Made by a program: the position numbers and the translations under genes | Notes under the pieces: generated by a model | Database searches by the model: none | Seen by the model: the letters and a program-made list of their open reading frames with translations, nothing else | What the model was told of the DNA's origin: nothing | Assembly: GCA_013239625.1 (NCBI GenBank) | Contig: MU054323.1 | Coordinates: 3,832,161 to 3,894,160 of the forward strand | DNA from: Lama guanicoe | Lineage: Eukaryota | Direction of reading: 5' to 3' | Length of the DNA stretch: 62,000 bases | Shown here: positions 37,266 to 49,624 of the stretch, piece by piece | How the letters are laid out: every line of letters starts with the position of its first letter | How positions within the stretch are numbered: the first letter of the stretch is position 1

Positions 37266-40200
37266 TATATTTATTAACCGAATGGATCAAAGGGTCTGGT
37301 CTGATATGGTGAAGTCCAATTAGACTTGCCCCCATCCTTACCCCTTCTTAGTATCACGAGGCTCCTTCAAGTGCACATTCTTAAGAAGTCTGGATGACTC
37401 TCCCAAGTCAGTCTAATGGGCTCAGATCTCCCAGAAGCTGGAGAAAATTCAAATTAGAGGCTGGTTATTCTCCAAAGACTCATCTCTTTTTTTCTTCACC
37501 TTTAGCATTGTCATATAATTTCTCTCCATTTTAAATGTATAGCTTGTATTTTGTTCTGTTTGCTCCTTCTTCCTTCTGATCTTACACTTCTAAGCCTTCC
37601 ATATAAAAGCTATTCCTCTCATTCCTAAGTCTGTTTTTGTTGTAAGGGATGAACTTCTTTTCCTTTCTAGGATGTCACAATGACATTGAGCTACTCCCAG
37701 ATGAGGCTAGTCTTTTCTTCAACTTCCCCAGCTTTGTCCTCTTCTCACAACATCAGCAAGCATACCCGAGAGACCAGTAGCTTCTTTGAAAACACTGGCC
37801 CCTGGCCTCTGGGTTCTGCCTGGATCTTAACCCTAGGAAATAACAAAAACTGAGTCTGAGGGCAAACATCTATTTGTGCACCAAAGGAGCTTGACTTCCA
37901 CCCTGTTCATCTCTGCAGTCTTCCTTATTCCATCCTAAGCACATCCACTAGGAACACGTATCTCCTAAGGGATATGCTAGCTATCCTGGGGACCATCCTG
38001 TAGGAGCATGTAAGAGAGGATTGAAGAGTGAAATAAAGCTGGAAGATCTTATGTTTTGAAACTAGAACATCCTGGTTTAGAATGCTACCTCCAGAGCCAC
38101 TCTTCATGGCCTCCGAAGAGCTGAAGTTGAAAGTGATCTCAAACTGTCCTTCGAAGTCTGCTCTGAGCCAAAGGAATTTTCCCCATGAGCAGTTTATCAA
38201 GTCTTTGAACTCTGTAGGCAAGGCTGTATCCTGTTCTCAGCTCACTGCTCCACCACCACACACTTAGCTCTCGCTGTCAAGATTGGAAATATCTCTCAGG
38301 GGCACCCGAAGTTAAATCTTTTTCATGGTCTTGTGTTTTAAGCAGATGTATATGAGAATTCAGTAAATATGTTTCATTGAATGAATGGCCATTTCTCACC
38401 AGGGAAGTGTTCCACAAAGAGAGATGTGCAGCTTCGGAGGCCTTGCTGGAACTTTGAGAGCAGCAGGGATGTAGGGGAGTGGGACGGAGTGTCCAGGCCA
38501 TCTACTTAACTTCAGAGCTACATTGGATCTGTCAGGGAGCCCCCAAAATGCTGCTGTAATTCCCCAAGGAGAAACTCTGGAATGGAGCATTTATGTCCTT
38601 TTTCCAGGGGCTTATTCCTGCAGGTAAAACCCAACCATGATGATGGCTCTTGCTCCCTTGAACTTCTTCACCTTTTACTCCTGTCTTGGGCTCACACAGA
38701 TGTCTGCAGTCTGAGTAACACAGGTGACCTTAAGCCAGGCCAGCCTCCTCCCCAGCACTAGCCCTTAAGCCCTCCTTCATTGTAGCCCTCTAGCTTTTGC
38801 TCCTGCTTTTTGGGCTTTCTGTCCCTCAGAGTCCTGCCTAGGATCTAGGGTTTGAGCTGTGCTCAGACACTGGAAGCAGAGGTTAGGATCCCATGGTTGA
38901 AGGTCTGAAGAGTTTTAATCAGAGGCTTCTCCAGACCACCCACCCACCAGTCTCTCCAAGCCCCTGCCGTCTGCATCCCAGAAGAGTCCTTGCCACTGTG
39001 GGTGGCAAACCACAGCAGGACGCCTTAAGGTAGTCAAGTGGGCCTGAGACGTCCATAGACCTCAGCTGGTTTTAATCCTATAAAACTGAAACTTAATATA
39101 TGAGGCAGGCAAGATAAAAAAAAATGCTTTTGTGCTGCATCAGTGTTCCATGTTGGACTCCAAATCCCATTGGGTCAAATTCAACTATAATAATGATGAT
39201 AATGGTAACAGTAATAGTAGCCGTCACAGCAACCACATGATGATAAAAGCAGGAACCAAAAGGAGAATCCTGACCCTTGTCTGGCACTGCCTAGTGAGTG
39301 TTTATTGTCCTGGTTGATTGAACAGGTAGCCCAAGTAACGGGACCCAGTGACTACAGGTCCTCCTTGTCCCAGCGGCTCTGCTGAGGCGTGGCCAACCTG
39401 GCATCATCCTCAGGCCTGTGTCTGGTTGCCCAAAGCTGAGCCTGGGGGTCCAGTCGTAATTCTGTTGCCTTTTCTCCAGTGAAGTTGGCCTGGAGTTTCC
39501 TGGAGGCCTTGGCCTAGAGGGCCAAGGGGCATTTGTTGACATTTCTTCCTGAGAAGACACAGGCAGTTGGAGTTGGGACAACCAATTCATTACCGAGAGC
39601 TGGTGAACCTCTTCTCCAGCCCCACAGTGGCAGTCCTGAGCTCATCCAGCACACCACGCACAGGCTGCCCCACCCTGGCTACCTCGGGGGCCCAGACTTC
39701 CTTCTCACTTCCCTCCCCACCTCAGAGCCTGTTTCTCCCCTCCACACCCTCTACTCTTCCACTCTGCTTTCACAGGATGAGGCCAGTCCTCTTCTTTCCA
39801 AGGGTGGTGCAACTTTTGCCCTTGACTTTTCCCCATGTGTCCTTCTCTTGGACCGTTGAATCTCCTGTCATGAATTTTTAGCAGCTCCTTGCACTTGGCC
39901 TATAAACATGCTCATCACTCCTGTCTTAAAACAAAACAGAAATTTGTGACCTCATATCTCTTCCATCTCCATCTTCTCTTCTTTTCTTATCTCCCATTCA
40001 CAACCTCCTGCCCACTTTTTGCTGTTTTATTCTTTTTTGTGGTAAAATATATATAACATACAATTTATCATTTTAAGCCTTTTAAGTATATTGGGGGCAT
40101 TAAGTAAATTCGCATTGCTATACAACCATCATCACCATCACTGACTCTCTGAGTCACTGTGATCCAGCCACCACCTACACCACTGCACTAAAACTGTGCT

Positions 40201-41399
40201 TGCAGCGCTCATTACCAGCCTCCTGACTGCTGAATGCAGGGGGTACCCATCCGAGGCCTGTCTAACTAACCTGTTGGAGGCATGTGGCAATAGAACTGTC
40301 GCTTCCTTCTGGGATGACTGCTGCCTTTCACTCGTCTCTTTCCCTCCAACTGTGGCCACACCCACTCTCCACCATGTGATCTTCCTTTGCCTTAGATATT
40401 GCAGCCCCTGGGGAATCCTTCCACAGCTGTCTCTGCTTCATCCCGCACATCAGTTATCTCTGCGCTTTGTCCGGGTTCCTGTAGTGAAGGGCATAACTGG
40501 ACAGTCCTGCACTGAGGTTGAATGACCTAAGCCTAAGGCCTATTGCAGTTGGGAGAGGCTCCAGAGAATATTATGCAACCAACACTCCCTAGCCCCTGAA
40601 GAAGCTTCTCTAGCATCCATATCCTGAAAGCTGCAAGTAACTGAAGTGTGTCTGGTTGGTAGAGGACCTGGGCAAGTTGGGAGATTTGCTGACTAATAGC
40701 ACAGACTAGAGATAAGTTAATTTTGTAGTTCTTATGAAGCGAAGAAGACATTCTCCATTCAACGACAGGCAAAACAGATGGCCTGCACATGTGGGAAAAT
40801 GTCTTGTCCTCCCATCTTTGCGCTATCCTCAGAACTCTTCCTGATTCCTGTAAGTAGAGCCTCGGTTCCCCAACCGCCAGCCTGTAATCCATGGTTTAAG
40901 AAACAGGAGGGGTGAATCACTGTGTTCAGGGGAGCACAGTGTGAAAGTGAAGGCTTTCAACACCCCAGAGGGGAGAGAAAAGAGATCTGAGGACAGGCAT
41001 GGGCTGGAGGAGGAGCTGGTGGAAGGCCCATAGGGACCCACAGTCTTCTTTTCTAAATTGAACATTAACTGACATTAACACAGCCATACAGTGGCCAGAA
41101 ATACACAGGTCCTGTCACACGATGGGTGCTTGGAGATCCTTATAGAATGAGATGGGCCTGAAGAGTCCTCCTCTGACACTGGCTGATGCACGGCTTGGTG
41201 ACTGCAGAACCAGCAACACCCACCCACCCAATGCCAGAACGCCGGTGCTGCAATCAGCCAGCCCTGGCAGTAACTGTCGGCGTCTTAGGAAAAGATTTTT
41301 GACAGCTTAATGTAGGTATAATTATAAACTGTTGTGTGATCAGGTCCCTTAGGGAATAGGAAAATCAGACTCCCAGAAAATGATTGGTGCTCCTCTGGA

Positions 41400-41690
41400 T
41401 GATCCCTGCTCATTTTTTAAGACTCAACTTACGTGTTTCCCTCTTTATGAGGTCTTCCCATCCCTCACAGAATGACTTTCACAGCCCCTCCTGCATGCTC
41501 CTTTGGCATGTCTTTCTGCTATATAACTTCTTCCCATGTGCCATAATCATCTATTAATCTCTGCCTCCGCTGGACTGCACGCTCCCCAAGGGCAGTGTGT
41601 CTATTTCTGATGCCTACCTTTGTTCCTAGCCTATAGCAAGTCCTCAGGACATTTTGAACAAATGAATGAGTGATGAATGAATGAATGAGT
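41400..41690 (+). mobile_element. L2 3' end
   Basis: ctggactgcacgctccccaagggcag...tgaatgaatgaatga tail. Confidence 0.7.
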
Positions 41691-43189
41691 TAAGATTAGA
41701 AGTGACATTTTCTCAGGGCCTGACTGGGAAATCATTCTTTGCAATGGACACACATCGTTGGGTGTGTGTGAAGCCTTAGGTGAATGGAACATCGGGATCA
41801 AGCCAGTCAAGAGAGACATGGGGATGTGTCATCAGGAACTCGGAGAAGGAGCACACCTTATCAGGATGGCATAAAGTATGAGTACTCCCTGGATGAGACC
41901 CTCTTTTCAATGTATGTCCCAGACACACCTGATCATTGAGCGGAACAGGCAAACTCGTGCTTGTTTTGTTCTGTGTTGTCCTGAATAATTTGACTACCTT
42001 TTCCCCACAAGAGAGTGAATGACTTAAGAGGAGCATCTCTGATAAAAGCATCCTTGTAACCTAATGATTTCACTACAAAACATTTAGAAAATGATTGCAG
42101 GTTTTGTCAATGACCATGGCCAGTGTTGGGTCACTTATCCTGGGTTAGCTCCTTACCTGGCCTGAGCTGGAGCCTGGGACTGCCCATGTAGCACCCCCTC
42201 TGTTGTATGGAAGGATCAGAGTGTTGGCCCATGGATAGAACAAACATTAGTCCTTTCAATTTTTATCAAGCTGGATTTTTTTTCCCCCAAAAGAAGTCTC
42301 CAGCAAAGGGGAGAAAGAATTCAAGTTGTATGAATGTTGGAGCAGAATGAGAACAGTGTAAAGTCTCCACTGAAGTGAAACCCCATCATCCTGGCTTGGA
42401 GAACTGCAGGTTTGTCCTGGAGCAGGGGAGGAAATAGAGCCCAGCTGCCTCAAGCCTGGTGGGCTGTTTAGCACCCCAGATTGGAAGATCTAGAGCTGGG
42501 ACATCTCTCTTTGGCATTGTTTCGTTAGGCTGTTGACAAATAAACACATGGAAGCAATCCATAGCTGGGAGCTGATTACATTTTCCTTCAAAGGCATGGC
42601 AAACCCTGTGTCTTCTGTGAAAAATTATCTTAATCCCTCGTTGACATCTGACCCACCCTCACATTTTTCAAAATTTCTTAGTCATGCTTTTCAGAGGGTC
42701 TGATTGCTGTTCCTTCTACAGGACTTTGCACAGTGTTCTCCTTGCTCTTCTCCTCTCTCCCAGAGTAACTCAAGGCAGGGTGACAGCTGAGCTGACCTCC
42801 AGCATCGTCATCCATACGGTAGAACCTGCCCACTCTGGGGTGGCCCACTGAGTAGCCCCACGGCCCGGGAGCCATTTCTGACAAGGCAGAGTTAGTTCCC
42901 TTTTCTCAGTTATGTGTACAAAACCAGAACTGTTAACACTTAGCGTATCAGTACCTCTATGTCCCCCACCTTCCCTAACACCCTGCGGGCTACAGTGGGT
43001 CTCAGTCTATGCCTTTTCACTTATTGATTGAGGGTCTGGCAGCCTCGATGGTATATAATAAACTAATTTCTCTTGTATGCCTCTAGAATGGTAGTGGTTT
43101 CCTTGGCAGGGAAAATGGTCACTATAATAAGTTTCCATGTGCCTGGTTCAGATGATATCAGAACACTCCTCAAGGTGAGCAGTTCATTC

Positions 43190-43480
43190 CAGTAGTTTCC
43201 ACAGCAACCTAGAATCAGGTTAACTCGGTAACTCACACGGCAATTTTCCACTGGGTCATTGTGAGCAGAGGGGCGGGAGGTGTTTCTTGGAGGTGAATCA
43301 TTCCACGTGTGTTTGCGCAGGCTTTCCTTCGAAAGAGCACACGTCTTCAACCTGACAGTCTGTTTATGCAGGCCTCCTGATACTCGGGCACTGGTTTAAA
43401 TGTCCAATGTGGAAAGTATTATAACAGCTATGCAACCACTTTTGATTAGAAGCAGCTTTTGCATTAGATATGATCGGGGT
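43190..43480. promoter_or_regulatory. Candidate regulatory element (RFX X-box, GC box, E-box)
   Basis: GTTTCCACAGCAAC at 43195-43208, gaggggcggga and cacgtg, in non-repeat, CpG-retaining sequence. Confidence 0.3.
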
Positions 43481-43686
43481 TACCAGAAAATGGGGCATGT
43501 GCAGGGGCTGGCTTAACAACTTTATTCTTTTTTCTGCTCTTGTTTATCATTTTTTTAACCTTGGGCGGTGAATTCTAAGGTTCTGTGTTCCCTGTAGAGT
43601 GTCCCGTGGCATTTACGTGGAGGAGCACAGATACACAGACACATGAAAACCATTTAGAGCAGCAAGCAAGCTTTTGAGGGTGAATT

Positions 43687-43756
43687 TTTGTTTTATTGAA
43701 GTATAGTTGATTTACAGTGTTTCTGGTATGCAGCATAGTGATTCAGTTAGAGATAT

Positions 43757-43807
<51 letters not shown>

Positions 43808-44334
43808 TTAATTTTTAAAAGCAAACTAGGAGTTAAATACACCTTTTACATTTGCATGCTTCTAAGTACTTTCATTATTTTGTGGTTTCTTTTTTTAACT
43901 ACTGCTATTCCCTTATTGTTTGAAGCTGTGGTTTCAGAACATAATTATGGTGATATAAAATAATAGAGAAAACCAGTCTGCAGTGTGTAGATCTTCTTTG
44001 GTACTGAGTATGTAGGTATAGAATATACAGTATGTAGGTCCTCTTTTATAAGTGCTGTTCAGCCACCCTGGGCACATTTTAAATGCATAATTTACTGTGT
44101 TGTTCTTCATACAGCAGAAAGGGAAAAAAATTAAGGTGAAAGCTTTTGACTTACACTTAGTTGCTTAAAATATATCTTAATTTTTCATATGTTCTCCCTA
44201 TTGTATTTTAAATACATGATTTTATTTAGTTTGAAGTATCTTTTATTCCCCTGGTCTCTTACTTTCAAGTAGTAACACTGGCNNNNNNNNNNNNNNNNNN
44301 NNNNNNNNNNNNNNNNNNNNNNNNNNNNNNNNNN

Positions 44335-44367
<33 letters not shown>

Positions 44368-44608
44368 CTTTTCCTATTCATTTTCATTATAGGTTATTAC
44401 AAGCTATTGAATATAGTTCCCTGTGCTACACAGTAGGCCCTTGTTGTTTATCTACTCTGTATATAGCAGTTTGTATCTGCTTATCCCAGACTCCTAATTT
44501 ATCCCTCCTCTACCCTTTCCCCTTTGGTAACCCTACATTTGTTTCCTATGTCTGTGAGTCTCTTTCTGTTTTTCAAATAAGTTCATTTGCATCATTTTTT
44601 TCTTTTAG
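43687..44608 (-). mobile_element. L1 3' end split at its (TA)n by ~485 bp of unrelated sequence and an assembly gap
   Basis: The L1 3' UTR runs to the (TA)n ending at ~43797 and resumes at 44335 with (TA)n. Flanks carry a diverged direct repeat (ttgagggtgaatttttgttt / ttgagcgtggaaatttttgttt). Confidence 0.85.
44283..44334. other. Assembly gap (52 N)
   Basis: Run of N in the sequence. Confidence 1.
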
Positions 44609-45399
44609 GTTGAGCGTGGAAATTTTTGTTTCATTCTCAGGCTTTGGCTCACTACCTGAGAGGTAGAGATCTGTTCATCAAAAACAATAAACCAAAGCTA
44701 ACCAAGTACTCAAAAAGCCAGTGTCGGATGGCCTTGGTGCTCCGTGTTTGGAGTTCCTGAACTAGCCAGGATGACTGAGTGTGGAGCCAGGCCCTCCTGC
44801 AGGTTCCCTTGTAATCTTATCTGAAGTACAACATGGTTTTAATGAAAGGTAGCCGGGATCCCACGCAGGGTCATGCAGTTTGTGTGAGGCATAAAGCCGC
44901 TGGGCTGAGGGGCTTGTTGGGCTGGAATGCAGCCCCTCTTCTGTTTGCCAAGGCTCTGCTCTCTGTGTCAGCCCAGAGGATGGGGCATCTTTTTTGGAAG
45001 TTTTTATCTCAGAGGGGCACCTTTTGCCCTGAGGCACTGCACGGCGTATCTGCGGAGCCCCTCACCGTGCCTAGTGTTCCCAGCGCCCTCAGCTGCCTTA
45101 TGTGGCTCAAATTTCTCTACTCCCACCCAAGGAGAGAAGACTAGAGGTGGAGGAATTGGTCCCCTGATTCCATTTCCCATAAGTCCCCCATCTCCCCTGT
45201 TTATTTTCAGCTCCTTGAGTGGTAGATGTTCCTGCCTACAGAGATACACACACCAATGATTTTCTTGCACATCTGTATACTATAGGATATGACCTATAGT
45301 CTGACAGACTTGCGTGGAATTAACTTACATGGGTTTTTTTTTCTCCCCACACTTACATATTTTGCCCTTCTCCCTCCACTCCGCCAATTTAAACAACAG

Positions 45400-46040
45400 G
45401 TTTTTCTGTGCTTATTCCCTCCAGAAAGGGATGAGAAAAGTAGAAAGCAGAGAAATGTATGTTTTAACATGTACAGTGTCATGCTAAGATCATCACTATG
45501 TATTTTCAGAATTTATCTTCACCCCAGATAGAAATTCTGTTCCCAGAGTTTCGTAGTACAGGGACTCTCCATTCCCTTCTCTTCTTCAGCCCCTGGTGAC
45601 CTCTAACATGTCTCTATGAATTTGCCTATTCTAGATATTTCATATAAATGGAATCATATAATATTTGTCCTTTTCTGTCTGGCTAGGTTAACTTAGCATA
45701 ATGTTTTCAAGGTCCACCCATGCATGCTGTAATGTTTATCAAAATCTCACTATTTTTATGGCTGAATAATATTTCATTATATGTACTTAATACATTTTGT
45801 TTATCCATATGTCCATTCATGGGCACTTGAGTTGCTTCCACCTTTGTGGCTATTATGAAAATGCTGCAATGAACACTGGTGTACAAGTATCTTTGGTCAA
45901 GTTTCTTAAGCTCTGTTTCATCATGTGTAAAATAGGCATCAGAGGGTTGCTGCCTCTCAGGCTCACGATGAGGATTAAAGGATATAATACGCGTTAGGCA
46001 TTGAGCATGGTGACTAGCACAAACAGGGCCCAACAAATGG
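45400..46040. mobile_element. L1MB 3' fragment (minus) followed by MIR (plus)
   Basis: ttgcctattctagatatttcatataaatggaatcata..., then ttcatcatgtgtaaaatagg...gaggattaaa. Confidence 0.8.
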
Positions 46041-47149
46041 ACACGTAAGTCCCTGAGGACACTGGATTTGATTGCCAATAATTCTAGTTTTTCAGGAGAT
46101 CGCCTACTATGTAAAGTGAGAAAAACCTTTATTTCTGACTTCCCAGCTAATTATTGTTATTGATAATACAAATTAATAGTTGTAACTTTCCCTCCTTCCC
46201 TCGCTCTCCCATGTGTCCTCCACTCCTTCCTTCACTTCTTTCTTTCCCTGCTCCTTCTGTGAAATGAAGCAGGGCATCTAATGATTGGATTCACTTTGCA
46301 GACGATTAGCCTTCTAGGGAAAAGGAGAGAGGAGAGGAACATCAGGAGGAAAGGGGCAGCTGAGCGTGCCTGGGATTGTGAAACGCACTTTTTATGAATG
46401 GGTCTGTGCCTGGGCTGTGGAACCCAGTCAGCCATAGTTACTTACTTTGATGATAATGATGATGATGAAGAGTATACCTGCTGTTTATTTAATACTTACT
46501 AGGTACCATATGCCTTAGAAATATTTTCTCATTAACACAGCAAATGTATGAGATAGGGTTTATTATCAACATTTATCAGATGAGGAAAGTGAGACTCAGG
46601 GAGCCTATGTTAGTCAGCTCTGCAGTGGCTTCCTAGTGAAGACGAGTAGAAAGATGTGCCAGCGCTTCTCGGATCGGTACCACCACCTGCCCGCCCCCGC
46701 CTCCCGGCCTGCGGGCCTGCATTGATCATAAATGAACATTTCCGCGGATTCACTAGCACTGGCTGTGTTGTCCTAGCTGTGCTGTCCTAGTGACACCTGG
46801 CTTGCCAAGAGCATTCTTCTGTCCCTCCAGATACAGGCAGATGTGCTTTGTGTGGTTGCAGTGGAGGAAGTCTGTGTTTTCCTCTTGGATCTGTCTCAGG
46901 ACCTCTGATTTTAATGGGGCTTCGACACTTTGGCTTTGATTTGTGTTACCCAAGGTAACTATTCCAACCCTTTATTGTTCTCAAAACGCCCTTAACAATT
47001 CCTTCCTTTATGACTTTAAATATATGACACTTTTTTTTTTTAAGAAAATGAGGCCATGGGTTCTGAGCTATTCCATCTCTCTGCTCTTGACTCTTTACAA
47101 AGGCCTCTGCACCCACCCCCACTGGCTGCCCAGGCTGGAGCAGCACCTC

Positions 47150-48000
47150 CACTTGCTGTCTGTATCTCATTCCTTCCCTTTGCTTCTAAAATCAAGTGCA
47201 GTGCTGGTTCTTCTTTCTTTCCCTCTCTATTGGTTCTTTTTCCTCAGTCTATAAACATGCCCATTTCTCCTATCTTAAACCAACAAAACTCCATAAAAAT
47301 CAACAACCCTAAAGCCCTCTATTCACATTCTGACTACTTTAATTAGCATCCAATCTTTCCAACTTCTCATTCAACTGTTTCCAAGGATTGCTAACACCCT
47401 CCGTTTCTTCACTTCCCAAGAATTTCTTAATCTACTGCAGTCTGACTTTTACCAACTTACTAAAACCGTTCTTGCTAAGGTCACCATTAATTTTCTAATT
47501 TCCAAACCAATCAACAATGTTTAGCCCTTACCTTACTGGACTTTGCTGCTGCATTTGACAACATTCCTCGCTCCCTCATTCATGATGCTCTGTTTCATTC
47601 ATGACACCTCATTCTCTTGATTTGTTTTGGGAAATCTTGGTTTTTTTCCTTCTTAGATCATCTTCAGGAGCCCAACTTCCTCAAGTCTTTTGCTTCCTAG
47701 AGTTCTGACTCAGGCTGTCTTCTCTTCTGACAATATATACACATTCTGGACAACCTCATCCACTCCTGTAGTTTTGGCTACCACCTACACTGATGATTTT
47801 TCTGTTTCCAGCCCATACTTCTCTGAGCTTTAGACTTCAATTGCCTGTTGGATATAACTACTCAGATGGGCATCTCAATATTAACATAAGCAAATCTTCA
47901 TTATCTTATCCCCTAAATCACTTTCTTTTACCAGTTATTGGAGATACTATGTCTTTATCGCTGGAAATAGAACCCTGCAGATCATCCTCAATTCCTCCTA
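47150..48000 (+). mobile_element. L2 fragment
   Basis: aaaaccgttcttgctaaggtcacca..., ctgcatttgaca, tcatccactcctgtagttt. Confidence 0.7.
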
Positions 48001-48024
48001 AAATGGTTTTGAGGCTCAGTTTCT

Positions 48025-48375
48025 AATGTAAGGAGGTTTCCCACAGAGCATCAAGTCATTTTCCAGGTACCAGCTGGGTGTCCTACAGTTCAACTCTGTT
48101 CTGACACTATCTCCCCAGAGATAGCATCAGATTCCACAGGTTGAGGGCTCAGCCCTATTAGACTGCTTCCCGACCCCATCCCTTCTCACTTAAGATGCCA
48201 GTGGCAAACCCAGTTTATCACCTGTCCTTCTGACCTACTGACTATAAATCAGGGTCCCATGACCTCCCCCAGTTTGATTAATTTGCAAGAGTGGCTCATA
48301 GAATGCAGAGCAACATTTTACTTACAAGATTTCCAATCTACTATAAAAGGATATAATTCAGGAGCACCCAGATGG
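48025..48375. mobile_element. MER21-like LTR fragment
   Basis: ccagctgggtgtcctacagttcaactctgttctgacactatct...cacaggttgagggctcag. Confidence 0.75.
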
Positions 48376-48480
48376 TATACAGTTCAGTGGCATTAATTAC
48401 ATTCACATTGTTGTGCAACTATCACTACTATTCACCTCCAGAAATCTTTACTTATGGCAAAACTAAAGCTTTGTAACCAT

Positions 48481-48813
48481 TGATAAACCAGTTAAACAAG
48501 GCATCATTAGACTGAGATGTCTTTAATACTCTAAGTAGCTGATGTAAGCAAACCCAAACTTAAGCCTGTATTGCCTCAAGGTTAAGAAATCCCAGCCTAA
48601 GGACAACCAATCCAAACAGTCAACTAGGCTTTCTCAAATAAAGCGAACACTTCAGCTCTAGCCAATCAAATAATTTCCTCGCCTTCCACTTGTCTTTAAA
48701 CATTTCTTTCCTTAGCTCTTAACCACTTTCGGTTTGACACTGCCTGATTTGAACTGTTTTTTGCTCAAATGAACTCTTAAAATGTTTAATATGTCTCAGT
48801 TTATCTTTTAACA
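48481..48813 (+). mobile_element. Solo ERV LTR (TG...CA, 4-bp TSD CCAT) nested in L1MB (48378-49190)
   Basis: Terminal TG and CA, CCAT on both sides, and internal CCAAT boxes. L1 sequence is continuous across it. Confidence 0.75.
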
Positions 48814-49624
48814 CCATTCAGCAAAAACTCCCTACTCTTCCCTCCTCCCAGCCCTGGCAACCACCATTCTACTTTCTGTCTCTCTGAATTTAACCACTTT
48901 AGATATGTCACATTAGTGAAATCATACAGCAGTTGACCTTGGATTCCAATATCTCCATCTCTTCACCAACACTTATTATTTTCTGGTTTTGTCTTGGTAT
49001 TTTTTTTATGTACAGTAGTGGGTGTGAGGTGGTGTCTCAGTGTGGTTTTTGATTAGCGCTTCCCTAATGACTTGTGATGTTGAGCATCTTTTTATCTACT
49101 TATTAGCCATTTGTATATCTTCCTGGGAGAAATGTCTACTCAAGTCCTTTGCCCTTTTAAAAATCGAGTGTGTTTCTGTTGTTGACAGAATGATTTAAAA
49201 AGAAAAAATGCAAATCTGACCATGTTTTTTTCTGATTGAACTTTTCATTGTTTCCCACTGTCTTCATAAACCTGGCCGAATGAAATAATCTCTTCCCTTG
49301 TCCTCCTGTGGCTCATTGGAGCCTGTGTTTTCTGTCTGCATAATCTCATCCTTTATGACCCAGGCCTATCGCATCACTTCCACTGGGAAGTCATCTTCAT
49401 TTACCCAAGCTGGGTGACAGAATTTTCCCAGAGCTTGCTTTGATTGTTAGGTTTATTCTTTTGTATCACAAGTAGCTGTTTTTCTTTATCACACTGTGAG
49501 CTTCCTCAGGGGAGGTCTGTGTCTTCATTTCCATTTCCTCAACATTCAACCTAGAACCTACTCTGCAAGAGAAGCTCAATATATTTGATGAATAAGTAAA
49601 TGCCATGACAACATTCCTCTAGAG

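Noticed and set aside
37925..38267. Overlapping ORFs in unique sequence
   Set aside because: No recognisable homology in any frame and no convincing splice-site pair.
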